Origin: an uncultured delta proteobacterium
Lineage (GTDB): Bacteria; Desulfobacterota; Desulfobacteria; Desulfobacterales; QNYZ01
Assembly: GCA_963845145.1 (NCBI GenBank)
Contig: CAWJQU010000005.1
Span: forward strand, 320,001-384,000
DNA length: 64,000 bases
Reading direction: 5' to 3'
Shown here: in pieces, positions 32,220-41,222 of the stretch
Numbering within the stretch: position 1 is the stretch's first letter
Layout: every line of letters begins with the position of its first letter
The notes under the pieces: generated by a model
What the model was told of the DNA's origin: nothing
The model's input: the letters and a program-made list of their open reading frames with translations, nothing else
The model's database searches: none
Program-made: the position numbers and the translations under genes

Positions 32220-35219
32220 TTACACTATTTCCGATATAAAGTGAATCGGAAATGTCAATTTGGCGATGGTGCCGCTCCCCTTTGCTTCGAACACATCCAG
32301 ATGGCCATCAAAACCTTTGACGATCTGGCGGCAAATTGTCAGGCCGAGGCCCCTGCCTTTTCCAGAAGCCTTGGTGGTAAAAAAGGGTTCAAATATTCTA
32401 TTCCCAATGTGGGCGGGGATACCGACACCTGTATCTGTGATTGTTATTACGACGCGGTCCTTATCCCGGTAGGAACGGACGGTAATTTTTCCAGATGTGT
32501 TTTTAAAGTCGGCGACGATGGCATCACGGGCGTTGATTAAAAGATGGTTCAGCACTTCTCCCACTCGGGTGACATTAGCCATAACCGCTGGAAGTGCGTC
32601 ATCTTTAAAGAAGTCGACCGAGATATTATCCACTCGAAGTTGGTTGTCGACCGCGGCCAAGGCCTCAGAAACCGATTGATTAAGGTTTACATTTTCCCTG
32701 GCAAACCCCGGTTGTTCTCCAGACGCTGTCAATCGGCGGACAATGTCGGTGGCTCTGTCAACCTGGAGACAGATTTCATCGGATACTTGAAGCAGCTCCT
32801 CATCTCCAATCCTTTTCTTTTGTTGGGTCATCAATTTCAAATAATCACCGCCCATTTTAATAACATTCAAGGGCTCGTTCAGTTGGTGGGCCGTTTCGGC
32901 CGTGATACCGCTAAGGGCCGGCATCAGTTTCAACAGATCCCAGGCGGTGACAAGCTCCACGTGAAGCATCAAGGCGGGTAGAATTATCAAATCGCCGACC
33001 AAGGCTGCCAACATGGTGATGACCATCAACAGCCCGAAAATCGCGGTGGGTTTGAAATGGGATAACATCAATACGGAAAATCCGATACCGATGGCAAGCG
33101 TGGTATACAAAATCGGCCGGCCGATATGCCGAAGGGTATCGCTTAAAGCCCGATCCTTGTCGAGATCCTTTTTAAACTCGCGATTGTATCGAAAAAGGTA
33201 GTAGATGGTATCATCCACGGCCAATCCAATGGCGATACTAGCGATCAGACTGGTTTCCATGGATAGGGGGATCCTGAACCAGCCCATCACACCAAAATTG
33301 ACCATGATGGGGAAAATATTTGGAATCAAAGCAATCAGCCCTACCTTTGCCGACAAAAAAAGCAGCCACATGATCAACAATATAACGACCAGGGCGATGG
33401 CTAAGCTTTTAATTTGACTGGTGGTAAGAAGATGGCTGCTGGCCGCCACCACCATGCCGAAACCCGTGATATCCATTTTAAGCTTTTCCGGTTTCAGCGC
33501 TTTCGGCATGTTTAAATTTGTATGCGAAATGATCGTTTCCCGAAGTCGAAGAAATTCCCGTGAGCTTGAAAGATGGGTGTAAAGCAAAATATTTGTTTTG
33601 GAAAAAGTAGGATCCATAAAACGGTCGAGCATATCTTTACCAAACAACGATTTATAATTATTAATGATCAGCCGCATTTCAAATGCCTTTTCGGGAAGGC
33701 TGTAAAAGGCGGGATCATATTGGTTTGAGGCATAATTGACCAATTTGACATAGTCGGCGAAAGAGACCGCCTTGTCTACACCAGGCAATTTTTCAAGATA
33801 CTGCTGAAGTTGATTGAGGGCCGCAACATGTGTCGGATTTTCAAAATAATCATTCTTCCCGGCCTCCAGGACAACATGAACCGGAAAACTGCCGGATAGA
33901 TCCTGATAAATATCGTGGAAATGGTGGCTGATGGTCGTATTTTTTCTGAAAAAGGTCATTGGGTTGGTTTCCACTCGAATCATTCCCAAACCCGCGACAC
34001 AAAAGAGGGTTATTATACCGGTAGCAACTAAAATGAGACGTCGATGTTTTAAGGTCAATACGATAATTTGTTCCAGAAATCGATTAACCCACTGATGACG
34101 GTTTATTCGCGACGGGTTTGGTGGTGACGGGATCAATACAAGCAGGGCCGGAAAAAGGGTCAATAAAATAACCAGCAGACTGCCCATTCCGAAAATGGTA
34201 AATAGAGCAAACTCGTGGATGGCTGTGATGTGATTCACCCACAAAGAACTAAGCCCGACCACGGTGGCCATAACGGCCAGGATGCTAGGTATCGCAGTAT
34301 CCACAAGCGTGGCCGCCGCTGCCTGGCGACGGGAAGGGATCTGTTTAATACGGACCAGATAGGCCGCCATGATATGCATGGAATAGGCGGTACCCACCGC
34401 GATCAGGAAAACAGGAACGATCATCGTGATCATGGATAAAGGGATTCGCATCCATGCCATAAATCCAAATGTCCATACCAGGGACACAAGGATGCAGGCT
34501 AAGGGTGGTACCAGGCCGATTACGCGTCGAAAAAGGACCCAGAGTATAATAGTGATGAGCAGTAATGTTATGAAGGGGAGTCGTAGAAAGTCTCTCTTGG
34601 AATATTCGGCCAGGGCTCGCGTGACCAGTGGCATGCCTATTTGGTAGATAGATAGATCATTCGGGGCCTTGCTGATAATTTCTTGGATGGATTCGATTAC
34701 CTGTTCATTATCGGCATCTTTTTTCAGGATCAGTGTTATCACGGTGGCGCGGGCATCGGCAGAGATGAGGTTTTTATCAAAAAGATCTACCGGGGCAATC
34801 GTCTTAGCGAATTTATCTAGTGGCCAAGAATCTGAAATATCAACGCTTTCTTTTATAGAAGGCAAACTGATAATACGCCTGATTCCGGGAATTTTCTCCA
34901 CGTCTTGGGAAAAACGGGTGATGTGATTAAAAATATCCGGATCAAAGACGTGCCGGGTTCGGATCACAACCCGGATAATCTCATCGGAGCCAAAGTTTTT
35001 CTTAAACGTATTGTAACTTGCGGTAGCGGGTAAACCCTCTACAACCATATCGTAAATTGAGGTCTGAAAACTCAACTTGGGAAGATGCCAACCGAACGCG
35101 ACCGTTATGATACCCACAATAACAATCACGGCCACCGGCCAATGAAGTAGCTGAGTTAAAATCCAGGTAAGATGTAAACGGGTAGCGAATCGGCCTTGGG
35201 GTAATTCGGTTTGATCCAT
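32220..35219 (-). CDS. MMPL/RND-family membrane protein fused to a C-terminal histidine kinase module
   Basis: Two MMPL-like repeats with TM bundles (IAVGTAYSMH; IGLAVDDTIYYL), then in frame AHQLNEPL, NHLLINARDAI, DTGVGI, FEPFFTTK, GRGLGL. Confidence 0.85.
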   Translation of the reverse strand: MDQTELPQGRFATRLHLTWILTQLLHWPVAVIVIVGIITVAFGWHLPKLSFQTSIYDMVVEGLPATASYNTFKKNFGSDEIIRVVIRTRHVFDPDIFNHITRFSQDVEKIPGIRRIISLPSIKESVDISDSWPLDKFAKTIAPVDLFDKNLISADARATVITLILKKDADNEQVIESIQEIISKAPNDLSIYQIGMPLVTRALAEYSKRDFLRLPFITLLLITIILWVLFRRVIGLVPPLACILVSLVWTFGFMAWMRIPLSMITMIVPVFLIAVGTAYSMHIMAAYLVRIKQIPSRRQAAAATLVDTAIPSILAVMATVVGLSSLWVNHITAIHEFALFTIFGMGSLLVILLTLFPALLVLIPSPPNPSRINRHQWVNRFLEQIIVLTLKHRRLILVATGIITLFCVAGLGMIRVETNPMTFFRKNTTISHHFHDIYQDLSGSFPVHVVLEAGKNDYFENPTHVAALNQLQQYLEKLPGVDKAVSFADYVKLVNYASNQYDPAFYSLPEKAFEMRLIINNYKSLFGKDMLDRFMDPTFSKTNILLYTHLSSSREFLRLRETIISHTNLNMPKALKPEKLKMDITGFGMVVAASSHLLTTSQIKSLAIALVVILLIMWLLFLSAKVGLIALIPNIFPIMVNFGVMGWFRIPLSMETSLIASIAIGLAVDDTIYYLFRYNREFKKDLDKDRALSDTLRHIGRPILYTTLAIGIGFSVLMLSHFKPTAIFGLLMVITMLAALVGDLIILPALMLHVELVTAWDLLKLMPALSGITAETAHQLNEPLNVIKMGGDYLKLMTQQKKRIGDEELLQVSDEICLQVDRATDIVRRLTASGEQPGFARENVNLNQSVSEALAAVDNQLRVDNISVDFFKDDALPAVMANVTRVGEVLNHLLINARDAIVADFKNTSGKITVRSYRDKDRVVITITDTGVGIPAHIGNRIFEPFFTTKASGKGRGLGLTICRQIVKGFDGHLDVFEAKGSGTIAKLTFPIHFISEIV

Positions 35220-35242
35220 AGGGTGACCTGCCGGGAATTAAA

Positions 35243-36538
35243 TTAAAAAAGATTGGCTGGTATCGATTCCGGTTCCCGCTCGATGGCAAAATCTGTTTTC
35301 AAAATGAACCACAGGGAGCCGATAATGAGTACAAATGCCACCACAAACACGATGAAATACGATTTTGCCCCGAGGTCTTGAAAATTATCCAGAAATTTTC
35401 CGCAGACCAAGGGTAATAAAGCCGAAAACGGTAGGGTAAAAATCGGTGCGACTGCAAAATAACGGGTAGAGTCCACCTGTCCGGATAGCTTCTTTACTGC
35501 CGGCGCGTAAACCAGCATGCGGGTTCCCCTGGCGACACCCAGAAAAAAGCTGGCCAGCAAAAAACCCCAGCTAACATTAAATAAAATAAGCAGGCCTATG
35601 GCCATAACCGCTGCCGTTTTTTCAAATACATACTTACCTTTTAAGGTGAAGAACCCCAGCGGACCCAACAAAATATTGGCGCAGATGGCGCCGATATAAA
35701 TGGCGCCGACAAAAGCGCCCGCTGCCAATGCCGGAGATACAGCGCAATAGTCCGTGGCGTAATTGGCGTAAAAGGAAATGACCGTGATGATGACGTATAG
35801 ATCGACGTCCCCTGCTAAAAACTTCAGAAAATTTTTATCCTTCCAGACAAACAGCATGGATTCACGGACATATCCAATAAGGGCCGGCCTTTTGTCCATT
35901 AAGGGCAACCGGTCCTGGGGAATCTCCCTGGTCATAAAAAAAAACAAGGCGCCCAAAGCAAACAGCAGGCCGACAACGATAAAAATACCGGCGGAATGTC
36001 GGGGTGAAAATGCATACCGGCCGACAAAGTGAACAATATAAATGCTGGCGATGAGCTTGGCGGTATTTTGAGCTATCAACATGGTTGCCAGCGCGGAAAC
36101 TGATCGTTCCTCGGAAAAAATTTTGACGAGAAAATTCAACCACACCGGCAAAGTCATACCGATCAGAATGGAAAATACGGCGTAGCAGCCAAAAAATATG
36201 ACTAGAAAATGGGTCGTTTTATCCAGTAAAAGTAAGCTGAGCCCGATTACAACCATCATGAGGCCTGATATCACATGCAGTATAATCACGGCCAATCGCT
36301 TCAGAACCATATTTTCGGTGAGATAGCAGGAAATAACAGCAAAAACAGACATACCAATAAAAAAGAAAAATGGGATCAAGCCGATGGACAGACTCGAGGC
36401 GCCCATGTTTTTAAGAAACAGTTGTAAAAATGTCGATTCAATCACCACCGGCAGGCCCAGGCCCCAAAAAAATTCAACGGCGGATATCCCAAAGACGTTC
36501 CGTTTAAAATGTTGATCGAGCTTGGCCTGAGTGGTCAT
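35243..36538 (-). CDS. MFS-like transporter
   Basis: 431 aa with about 12 hydrophobic segments. Confidence 0.75.
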   Translation of the reverse strand: MTTQAKLDQHFKRNVFGISAVEFFWGLGLPVVIESTFLQLFLKNMGASSLSIGLIPFFFFIGMSVFAVISCYLTENMVLKRLAVIILHVISGLMMVVIGLSLLLLDKTTHFLVIFFGCYAVFSILIGMTLPVWLNFLVKIFSEERSVSALATMLIAQNTAKLIASIYIVHFVGRYAFSPRHSAGIFIVVGLLFALGALFFFMTREIPQDRLPLMDKRPALIGYVRESMLFVWKDKNFLKFLAGDVDLYVIITVISFYANYATDYCAVSPALAAGAFVGAIYIGAICANILLGPLGFFTLKGKYVFEKTAAVMAIGLLILFNVSWGFLLASFFLGVARGTRMLVYAPAVKKLSGQVDSTRYFAVAPIFTLPFSALLPLVCGKFLDNFQDLGAKSYFIVFVVAFVLIIGSLWFILKTDFAIEREPESIPANLF

Positions 36539-36782
36539 GTCAATTCAATTGTCTACCTGAATGTTAGCCCCTGTTTCTATGTTTAAACCACATCAGTTTT
36601 GAGCAACGCCTCGGCACTGGATCGACGCTGTCGGAAAACGGTGGAATTAAGCAGTAGTATCAATATCTATCCTAAATTGAGCAAAAGTTCCAGATAGATT
36701 TGCGGAACACCAGGCTTTGACTTCTTTCACCATGTTGACAAATAGAAAAAGGTAAAGGCAAGAAGCAGGGAAACAAGACTAA

Positions 36783-37088
36783 TTCGATCAGGTTTGGTAT
36801 GATGATCTTCTTACATTCGTTAAAGAGAATAACATTTTCGCCTTTGGGCTATCGGAGAAAGCACACGGTGCAGATCGCTACAACTCCGAGATGGCCCTTA
36901 CCCCTTTTGGGGATGGGCGCTATGTCGCCGACGGCGGCAAGTACAATCTAGGTTGGGCCAGCATCGGGATATGCACCCATGCCTTTAACGAAGCCATCAA
37001 TCATGCGGGCAATCGCAACCTTTTACATGCAAAACCATTTCTTCGAAATCGTTATAAAAAGGCTTTAAACGTCCGGCCATCCATTTGA
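36783..37088 (+). pseudogene. Internally deleted acyl-CoA dehydrogenase remnant
   Basis: In-frame DQVWYDDLLTFVKENNIFA-FGLSEKAHGAD...GRYVADGGKY-NLGWASIGICTHAFNEAINHAGNR; motifs from three ACAD domains joined in about 80 aa. Confidence 0.7.
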
Positions 37089-37598
37089 CTATTCACCGCC
37101 GACTGTTTTAAATTTTTCTTTGGGTGCTCCGCAAACCGGGCATTTACGGGGGATTTTCTTATCGGTCACATATCCACAGACCTGACAGACATGATACGCC
37201 TTAACTTCCTTTCGAATCAAATGGTAGATGGCCCGTTCATATAATTTAGCATGGTAGCCCTCGGCGTCCCTGGCGTGCCCGAAAACCAGGGCGGCCTCCG
37301 TCTCTCCTTCGTCTTGCGCTTCCTTTAAAAAGTCGGGGTATTCGTTCTCGCTAATGGATTTTTCCCGTTGGAATGAGTTCTCCAAATTCGTGTCTGTATC
37401 TTTTACAATTAAATCGCGTGCCAGGTTCATGTGGCGGGAGGCATGCACACGCTCCCCCTCGGCAATTGCACGAAAAAGCAGTGCTACCTGAGGAACGTCT
37501 TCTTCATCTGCTTTTTCAGCGTAGGCCAGCAATCGAAAAAACGCTTTTGCCTCCCCGATAAACGCCTTATAAACATTGTCCCTGGTCTTGGGTTTCAT
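37089..37598 (-). CDS. Rubrerythrin-family protein
   Basis: AFIGEAKA, AEGERVHA, AEGYHA, C-terminal CQVCGY...CPVCG. Confidence 0.92.
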   Translation of the reverse strand: MKPKTRDNVYKAFIGEAKAFFRLLAYAEKADEEDVPQVALLFRAIAEGERVHASRHMNLARDLIVKDTDTNLENSFQREKSISENEYPDFLKEAQDEGETEAALVFGHARDAEGYHAKLYERAIYHLIRKEVKAYHVCQVCGYVTDKKIPRKCPVCGAPKEKFKTVGGE

Positions 37599-37624
37599 TT
37601 AAATCCTCCATTCATGTCTCAATT

Positions 37625-38341
37625 TTATATAAATGCAGAAAAATCTTCCAATGGTTTTTTTTCAATGACCGGCACACGCACATCTTTTGATGGATAGCCG
37701 ACAACCAGGATCATAAAGGGCTTTTCATTGGACGGCCTTGATAATATTTTATTCAGAAAGCGCATGTTCGCCGGTGTGTATGTCAGGGTCGCCAAACCGG
37801 CATGGTGTAAGGCAGAAATGAGCATCCCGGTTGAAATGCCAACAGATTCATTCACGTAGTAGTGTTTTATCTTTTCATTGTCGACAGAAACACCATACAA
37901 TTCTGAAAAAATGGCGATTAGGTATGGCGCCGTCTCCAGAAAGGGCTTCTTCGGGCCGGTTTTTAATTTTTTTAGCGCATTTCTCCATGTTTGGGTGGCT
38001 TCCTTATGGTAAAAATCCGCCTCAATTTCTTCCGCCGCTTCACGGATAACTCTTTTGACTTCAGGATCGGATACAGCGATAAACTGCCACGGTTGCTGGT
38101 TCGCGCCACTTGGTGCAGTACCGGCCGTTCGCAAACAATCTTCAATGATCGTTCGGTCAACCGGCTCATTTGAAAATTCTCGCACGGTTCGCCGCCGTTT
38201 CATCTCTGCATAAAAGGTTGCGGCGCGGCTTTTCATCTCCGCTTCGGGCCATTTTTGATAGTCTGTCAACGGCAGTAATGGTGTTTCAGGCATCTTTTCC
38301 CTTTCATGCTTAAAGGGTTTAAACAGCTCAACAATTATCAT
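37625..38341 (-). CDS. Nitroreductase family, iodotyrosine deiodinase-like
   Basis: RRRTVREFS, TAPSGANQQPWQF, IREAAEEIEADFY, KPFLETAP, YYVNESVGI, LTYTP. Confidence 0.8.
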   Translation of the reverse strand: MIIVELFKPFKHEREKMPETPLLPLTDYQKWPEAEMKSRAATFYAEMKRRRTVREFSNEPVDRTIIEDCLRTAGTAPSGANQQPWQFIAVSDPEVKRVIREAAEEIEADFYHKEATQTWRNALKKLKTGPKKPFLETAPYLIAIFSELYGVSVDNEKIKHYYVNESVGISTGMLISALHHAGLATLTYTPANMRFLNKILSRPSNEKPFMILVVGYPSKDVRVPVIEKKPLEDFSAFI

Positions 38342-38936
38342 ACATTCGGATTATTTCACCAGACCCTTTGCCCTCAACGCTTTTTACATAGCCGTTGATC
38401 ACTTTATGCATGGGTATGGGGTTATGGCCGGGAAAATAAGCCTCGTATTTGTCGATGGCATCTTCGACCAAACCTGAAGAGACAACATTGATTCTGATTT
38501 CATTTTTTAATTCCAGAGCCACGGCTTTTACGAAACTGTGAATGCCCCCGTTCACCATCGCCGCACTCGCGGTTAATTCCACCGGATGATCTGCCAGAAT
38601 TCCCGTGGTGAGCGTAAAAGACCCCCCTTTATTTAAATAAGGGTGTCCGATTCTCACGAGATTCACCTGGCCCATTAACTTACTCTTCAAACCGATGTAA
38701 AAATCTTCCTCGGTCATCGTGTCAAATGCCGCCCATTTGGCCTCCCCGGCAATGCAGACCACCGCATCGATGTTTCCGACGGATGCAAACATGGTTTTAA
38801 TCGACTGACTATCCGCGATATCGACTAACGTATCACCGGAATTTCTCCCCCCAATCAAAATATCATGCTTTTTTGCAAAATGGGTGCTTACCGTTTGGCC
38901 AATGGTACCCTTGCCGCCGATGATTAAAACTTTCAT
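38328..38936 (-). CDS. Short-chain dehydrogenase/reductase
   Basis: IIGGKGTIG, SKLMGQVNLV, GSFTLTTG, RINVVS. Confidence 0.88.
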   Translation of the reverse strand: MKVLIIGGKGTIGQTVSTHFAKKHDILIGGRNSGDTLVDIADSQSIKTMFASVGNIDAVVCIAGEAKWAAFDTMTEEDFYIGLKSKLMGQVNLVRIGHPYLNKGGSFTLTTGILADHPVELTASAAMVNGGIHSFVKAVALELKNEIRINVVSSGLVEDAIDKYEAYFPGHNPIPMHKVINGYVKSVEGKGSGEIIRMYDNC

Positions 38937-39086
38937 AGTATCTCCATTAATGGTTTCATAATTGCCGAACCTCCGGCCCTGCCCATAGTAAGCAGGCGTG
39001 CTTATCTGGAATCCAGTAGATGATGGTTTCTAAGTCGATTATACTTGTCTTGTCCATGTCCATGTCCATGTCCATGGCGGAAAAAC

Positions 39087-39791
39087 CTATTTTTCAATAC
39101 CCACCCGCGCGATCACGCCGTCATGATAGTAATGCTTGACCTCTTTCATTTCCGTGACCAAATCGGCGATCGCAACGACCTCTGGAAGGGCATATCGTCC
39201 AGTGAAAACCAATTCCATATTATCCGGCTTCAGGCTGATGATTCCCATAAGTTCCTCCATGGACAGCAAACCGCAGCATACCGCTATGTTGATTTCATCT
39301 AAAATAACGAGATCATAACGACCTGATATCAAAATTTTCTTTATGCTTTTGATACCATTTCGGCAAGCCCTATCGTCCGCTGATGTCATTTGTTCGTCTA
39401 CAAATTCACCGGTTCCGTATTGCTCCACAAGAACGGATTCGGCAAAAATTCGCAACGCTTTAATCTCACCATAATCCCCATTTTTCAGGAATTGACCAAT
39501 AAACACCCTTGCCCCATTGCCGATCGCTCGTAAAGTCAGGCCAAAAGCGGCAGTGCTTTTACCTTTTCCATCACCAGTATATACCTGGATATACCCCTTA
39601 TTCAATCCTTTGAACCGAGGAAAAAGGCGGTTCGGTAAGGTGGGTTTACAGGGTTTCCGGACCAAACCGCCTGCTGGGTCATTGTCAATTAACATTTTAA
39701 CGGGCATTCGTCCCCCTCTCTCAAAATAATTATGGGTTGAGATCAAACCTGATCCCGTTCGCTCACGAGTGAATAAAAACGCTGGGTTCAA
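39087..39791 (-). CDS. cobO: Cob(I)yrinic acid a,c-diamide adenosyltransferase (start uncertain)
   Basis: IQVYTGDGKGKSTAAFG, QFLK, LVILDEI, TGR, ADLVTEM, GIE. Confidence 0.93.
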   Translation of the reverse strand: MNPAFLFTRERTGSGLISTHNYFERGGRMPVKMLIDNDPAGGLVRKPCKPTLPNRLFPRFKGLNKGYIQVYTGDGKGKSTAAFGLTLRAIGNGARVFIGQFLKNGDYGEIKALRIFAESVLVEQYGTGEFVDEQMTSADDRACRNGIKSIKKILISGRYDLVILDEINIAVCCGLLSMEELMGIISLKPDNMELVFTGRYALPEVVAIADLVTEMKEVKHYYHDGVIARVGIEK

Positions 39792-39847
39792 GAAAGCGGC
39801 TTTCTCCGTTCCCGGCAGCCCATTTTACCGGCTCGGGAAAGAGCCAA

Positions 39848-39885
39848 ATAAAAAAGCCCTTCGCGCATATCATTGCACGAAGGGC
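39848..39885 (-). terminator. Intrinsic terminator, likely riboswitch expression platform
   Basis: Minus strand GCCCTTCGTGCA-ATGATA-TGCGCGAAGGGC-TTTTTTATTT between the aptamer and cobO. Confidence 0.75.
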
Positions 39886-39957
39886 CTCACCCAGCTTATC
39901 TTAACCCTTGTCGTTAGCCACAATCCCCGTTTCCACGCAGAGAATTTGACCTTTTTT

Positions 39958-40122
39958 ATTCAAGGCAGGTCTTCTGGTTCTCGGATCACCCTACTCGCTA
40001 CGCCTTCCCGTTTCGCTTGAACCGAAACAGTGGCTGAATATAGCTTTCGTCCCCGATGACAGCGGCGGGACCACTCCCGATTTTCACGGGATTCCCTATT
40101 AAGCCATTTGGCACCTTGTATC
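39958..40122 (-). ncRNA. Cobalamin riboswitch
   Basis: Minus strand AGGTGCC...AATAGGGAATCCCGTGAAAATCGGGAGTGGTCCCGCCGCTGT...GCCACTG...GGGAAGGC...AGAACCAGAAGACCTGCC; upstream of cobO. Confidence 0.93.
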
Positions 40123-40423
40123 TGCGACACATTAAAATAAAACAGCACTTGTGTCAACACGATATTAAAACTACAATATATGGTATATAAGTGCACATTT
40201 TCCGAATTACAGTGGGTACGTGATTAATATCTGGGACGTTTTTATCCAACTGAACGTAACGCCAGCAGCGTTAAAGGCGCATCTAATTCACGCATTATCT
40301 ATTCGATTTTGAGAAAATCGATTAATATTGGCCGTGTCATTGGAGAAAAACTTGACAAGGTTGTCTTTTTTTCGCAATAAGAATTACAATATAAAAAAAC
40401 CGTTTCTTACAGGGGTCTCGAAA

Positions 40424-41110
40424 ATGGATGTAAAAATACTGGTCGTTGATGATGAAGAGTCTATCCGTACTTGGATTTCGAAAATGTTATCAAAATACGG
40501 GTACGTCGGAGATGTGGCCAAAGATTATGATTCTGCCGTTAAAAAAATGACGGAAACTCAGTATGATATTGTTATCACAGATAAAAATATGCCGGATGCC
40601 ACAACCAACGTGGATAATGGCATTCGTTTGCTAAAATATATCAAAAGCCACTCATCCTCTACGGAAGTCATTATAATGACAGGTTTTGCTACGATTGAGA
40701 CTGCCATCGAAGCGATGAAGATCGGTGCCTTTGATTATATAACCAAGCCATTTAAAATCGAAGCCTTGAATGAAAAAATCTCTCGCATTCTTGAATACCG
40801 ATCTTTTATCGATTCAACGCTCAATCTGCAGATTTACAAGAATATTCATTCAGAATTGCTGGAGCTACTGAAAAACCAGGACAATCTGTCCGATGGTACG
40901 ATTGATCAATTGATGAAAAACCTGGGTAGACGACTGGATCATCTTTTTGGTTCCCAAAAGGAGTTTGAGTCGATTATTCAGATCCAGAACGATGCATTAG
41001 AAACGATACAATCCTACGCCGAAAAACTAAAAAACAGTATTTCCGACACCGAGCCTTCATACGACCTCGTCCAAAAAATTCTTGAAGAGTCCGGGCGACG
41101 GATCGACTGA
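40424..41110 (+). CDS. Response regulator with helical C-terminal region of unknown function
   Basis: ILVVDDE, TDKNMP, MTGFATIETAIEAMKIGAFDYITKPF. Confidence 0.85.
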   Translation: MDVKILVVDDEESIRTWISKMLSKYGYVGDVAKDYDSAVKKMTETQYDIVITDKNMPDATTNVDNGIRLLKYIKSHSSSTEVIIMTGFATIETAIEAMKIGAFDYITKPFKIEALNEKISRILEYRSFIDSTLNLQIYKNIHSELLELLKNQDNLSDGTIDQLMKNLGRRLDHLFGSQKEFESIIQIQNDALETIQSYAEKLKNSISDTEPSYDLVQKILEESGRRID

Positions 41111-41112
41111 AT

Positions 41113-41132
41113 CGGGAAAAACCCGTTTTTTT
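41113..41132 (+). terminator. Possible intrinsic terminator
   Basis: CGGG-AAAAA-CCCG-TTTTTTT right after the response regulator stop; short stem. Confidence 0.4.
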
Positions 41133-41222
41133 ACGAAGCTACAGGGTCTGAGTATAAAAAGGCCCAGCCTTGCACCAAACCATCCCCATTCTAACAATCG
41201 AAGAAATCCCCGTGGATGATTG

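Noticed and set aside
39050..39075. (TGTCCA)x4 microsatellite downstream of cobO
   Set aside because: Real but short and intergenic; no evidence of function, and the CPCPCP ORF over it looks spurious.
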